Positions 37,157 to 38,614 of a stretch of DNA of 38,614 bases are shown piece after piece. Location: NCBI GenBank assembly GCA_016182565.1, contig JACPGI010000008.1, positions 1 through 38,614 on the forward strand, read 5' to 3'. The stretch's first letter is position 1, and every line of letters begins with the position of its first letter. The position numbers and the translations under genes were made by a program. Source of the stretch: a candidate division WWE3 bacterium. GTDB taxonomy: Bacteria; Patescibacteriota; WWE3; UBA101185; UBA10185. The notes under the pieces are model-generated. The model was not told the DNA's origin, ran no database searches, and saw only the letters and a program-made list of their open reading frames with translations.

Positions 37157-37636
37157 ATGAGGTTACCAAACATACTCCCAATGGCTAGTGTATTAGTTTT
37201 TGTTAGTGTGTTTACTTATCTAATATTTTTCAGGTATTCCAAAGATAATCAAATTAAAAGTGTACGAGTGGGGGGCAAAGAAGTAATGGTAGAAATAGCT
37301 TCCACACAGGCGCAACTTGCAAAAGGACTTATGTTTAGAAAAGAGCTTGGCGAAAACAGTGGGATGCTTTTTATATTTCCAAAAAGTGGGACGCATTCTT
37401 TCTGGATGGCAAATACTTACATACCACTGGATATTATTTGGTTAAATGAAAACAAAGAAATTGTTTATATTTCTGCAAACACCCCACCTTGTACAGAAAC
37501 CGGAAATCTTTTGGCAGTGTGTAAATCCTACTTCCCAAACAAAAAAGCTAAATATGTTTTGGAGGTAAACGGTGGGTGGGCAGAAAAAAATAAAGTCAGG
37601 GTGGGTGATAATGTAGAATTTGAGATCAAAATTTAG
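37157..37636 (+). CDS. DUF192 domain protein
   Basis: VEIA...KGLMFR...GMLFIF...FWMANTYIPLDIIW...YVLEVNGG. Confidence 0.92.
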   Translation: MRLPNILPMASVLVFVSVFTYLIFFRYSKDNQIKSVRVGGKEVMVEIASTQAQLAKGLMFRKELGENSGMLFIFPKSGTHSFWMANTYIPLDIIWLNENKEIVYISANTPPCTETGNLLAVCKSYFPNKKAKYVLEVNGGWAEKNKVRVGDNVEFEIKI

Positions 37637-37648
37637 TAGAATCAACAC

Positions 37649-37894
37649 ATGAAAAGAATATTTGTAGGTAATTTAGATTACACAACAAATCATAATCAAT
37701 TTAAAGAATTATTTGATAAATTTGGAGTAATTATTTCAGCAAGAGTTGTAACAGATGATGAGGGACGATCCAAAGGATTTGGTTTTGTCGACTTTGAAAG
37801 TGAAGAAGATGCAAACAAGGCTGTTTCAGAGATGAATGGTTATGACCATTTAGGCTCGAATTTAAACGTTAGTATCGCAAAAAGCCAAGGCTAA
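37649..37894 (+). CDS. RRM (RNP-1) RNA-binding protein
   Basis: RNP2 IFVGNL and RNP1 KGFGFVDF. Confidence 0.93.
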   Translation: MKRIFVGNLDYTTNHNQFKELFDKFGVIISARVVTDDEGRSKGFGFVDFESEEDANKAVSEMNGYDHLGSNLNVSIAKSQG

Positions 37895-37904
37895 ATTAAC
37901 CAAA

Positions 37905-38612
37905 CTAAACCGACCTACTCTCCAGTAAAACAACAAGTTCAACATGTGGCGTATGGGAAAACATATCAATGGCAATTGCGCGTGTAATCTCATATTTTGG
38001 CACAAACCGGGAAAATTCTTTCACAAAACTTTTATAATTGCAGGAGACATAGACTATTTTTCTAGGGTTTTTGATAAGCAGGTTTGATAACACTGTGGGG
38101 TGAAGTCCGGCTCGGGGCGGGTCTATTAATATGTATTCCGCTTCAAAATCTTGTAGGTCTAGCTCTTCTGATTTTTTTGTTATGAACTTTACTGCAACAT
38201 TATTTTGAATAGCATTAAAATTTGCGTCATTAACTGCCTCTTCCACTACCTCTACTCCAATTACATTTGATGAGGATTTCGCCAAAGGAATAGTAAAAAA
38301 ACCACTACCGCAATATAGATCTAGAATCTTTTTTTCTTTGATGTCCCCTAAAAACTCTAAAACAGTAGATTGGAGCTTTTCTCCTGCATATGAGTTCGTT
38401 TGAAAAAACGAGTTGGAAGTGATTTTATAAGAATAACCATTAATAGTTTCGGTGATATAACCACTACCAACAAGCACCGAATGCTCTTCACCAAAAGACA
38501 CGTCTGACAAATTATTATTAATCGACCAAACAATTGTCAAACCTTGTACTTTTGGCATCAAGTAGGCACAAAATGCTAGTAGTTTCTGTTTTTCTTCATC
38601 AGAGTTTTTTAA
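37905..38612 (-). CDS. rlmD: 23S rRNA (uracil-C5)-methyltransferase RlmD/RumA family (5' end outside the window)
   Basis: SFFQTN, LDLYCGSG, DPPRAG, YVSCN and DMFSHTPHVE motifs. The frame stays open to the window end. Confidence 0.9.
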   Translation of the reverse strand, partial: LKNSDEEKQKLLAFCAYLMPKVQGLTIVWSINNNLSDVSFGEEHSVLVGSGYITETINGYSYKITSNSFFQTNSYAGEKLQSTVLEFLGDIKEKKILDLYCGSGFFTIPLAKSSSNVIGVEVVEEAVNDANFNAIQNNVAVKFITKKSEELDLQDFEAEYILIDPPRAGLHPTVLSNLLIKNPRKIVYVSCNYKSFVKEFSRFVPKYEITRAIAIDMFSHTPHVELVVLLESRSV

Positions 38613-38614
38613 AG

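Noticed and set aside
1-38614. Alternative genetic code (UGA=Gly, code 25)
   Set aside because: trpS and argF end at TGA at their expected C-termini, and long ORFs are intact under code 11.

Overview
Low-GC bacterial chromosomal window using genetic code 11 (TGA acts as a stop). Gene content and style suggest a Patescibacteria/CPR genome, possibly WWE3- or Microgenomates-like; this is inference. Contents in order: partial ftsH, trpS, tRNA-Met, an atypical tRNA-fMet, a FtsB/DivIC-like gene, a Xer-like recombinase, a rare tRNA with a UAU anticodon, HPF, and an ArsR-led sufC-B-D-S-U(+DUF1858)-ferredoxin operon. Next come a 1633-aa Cys-rich exported protein, a DUF1189 protein and tRNA-Asn. A variable island follows (about 17.5-22.9 kb) with small ORFans, repeated leaders and terminators, and a ~175-nt highly structured RNA candidate with its own promoter and terminator. 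After it are an SGNH / NodU-type carbamoyltransferase / SxtK / SxtJ / SGNH / OTC-family operon and a six-gene surface locus. That locus looks like a donor-strand filament (adhesin, major subunit, chaperone-like protein, dockerin-bearing cap, membrane cohesin). The window ends with a 7TM protein, a GT4, DUF192, an RRM protein and partial rlmD. Many genes appear leaderless (-10 box 6-7 nt before the start codon). All family calls come from motif recognition by eye, not database searches.
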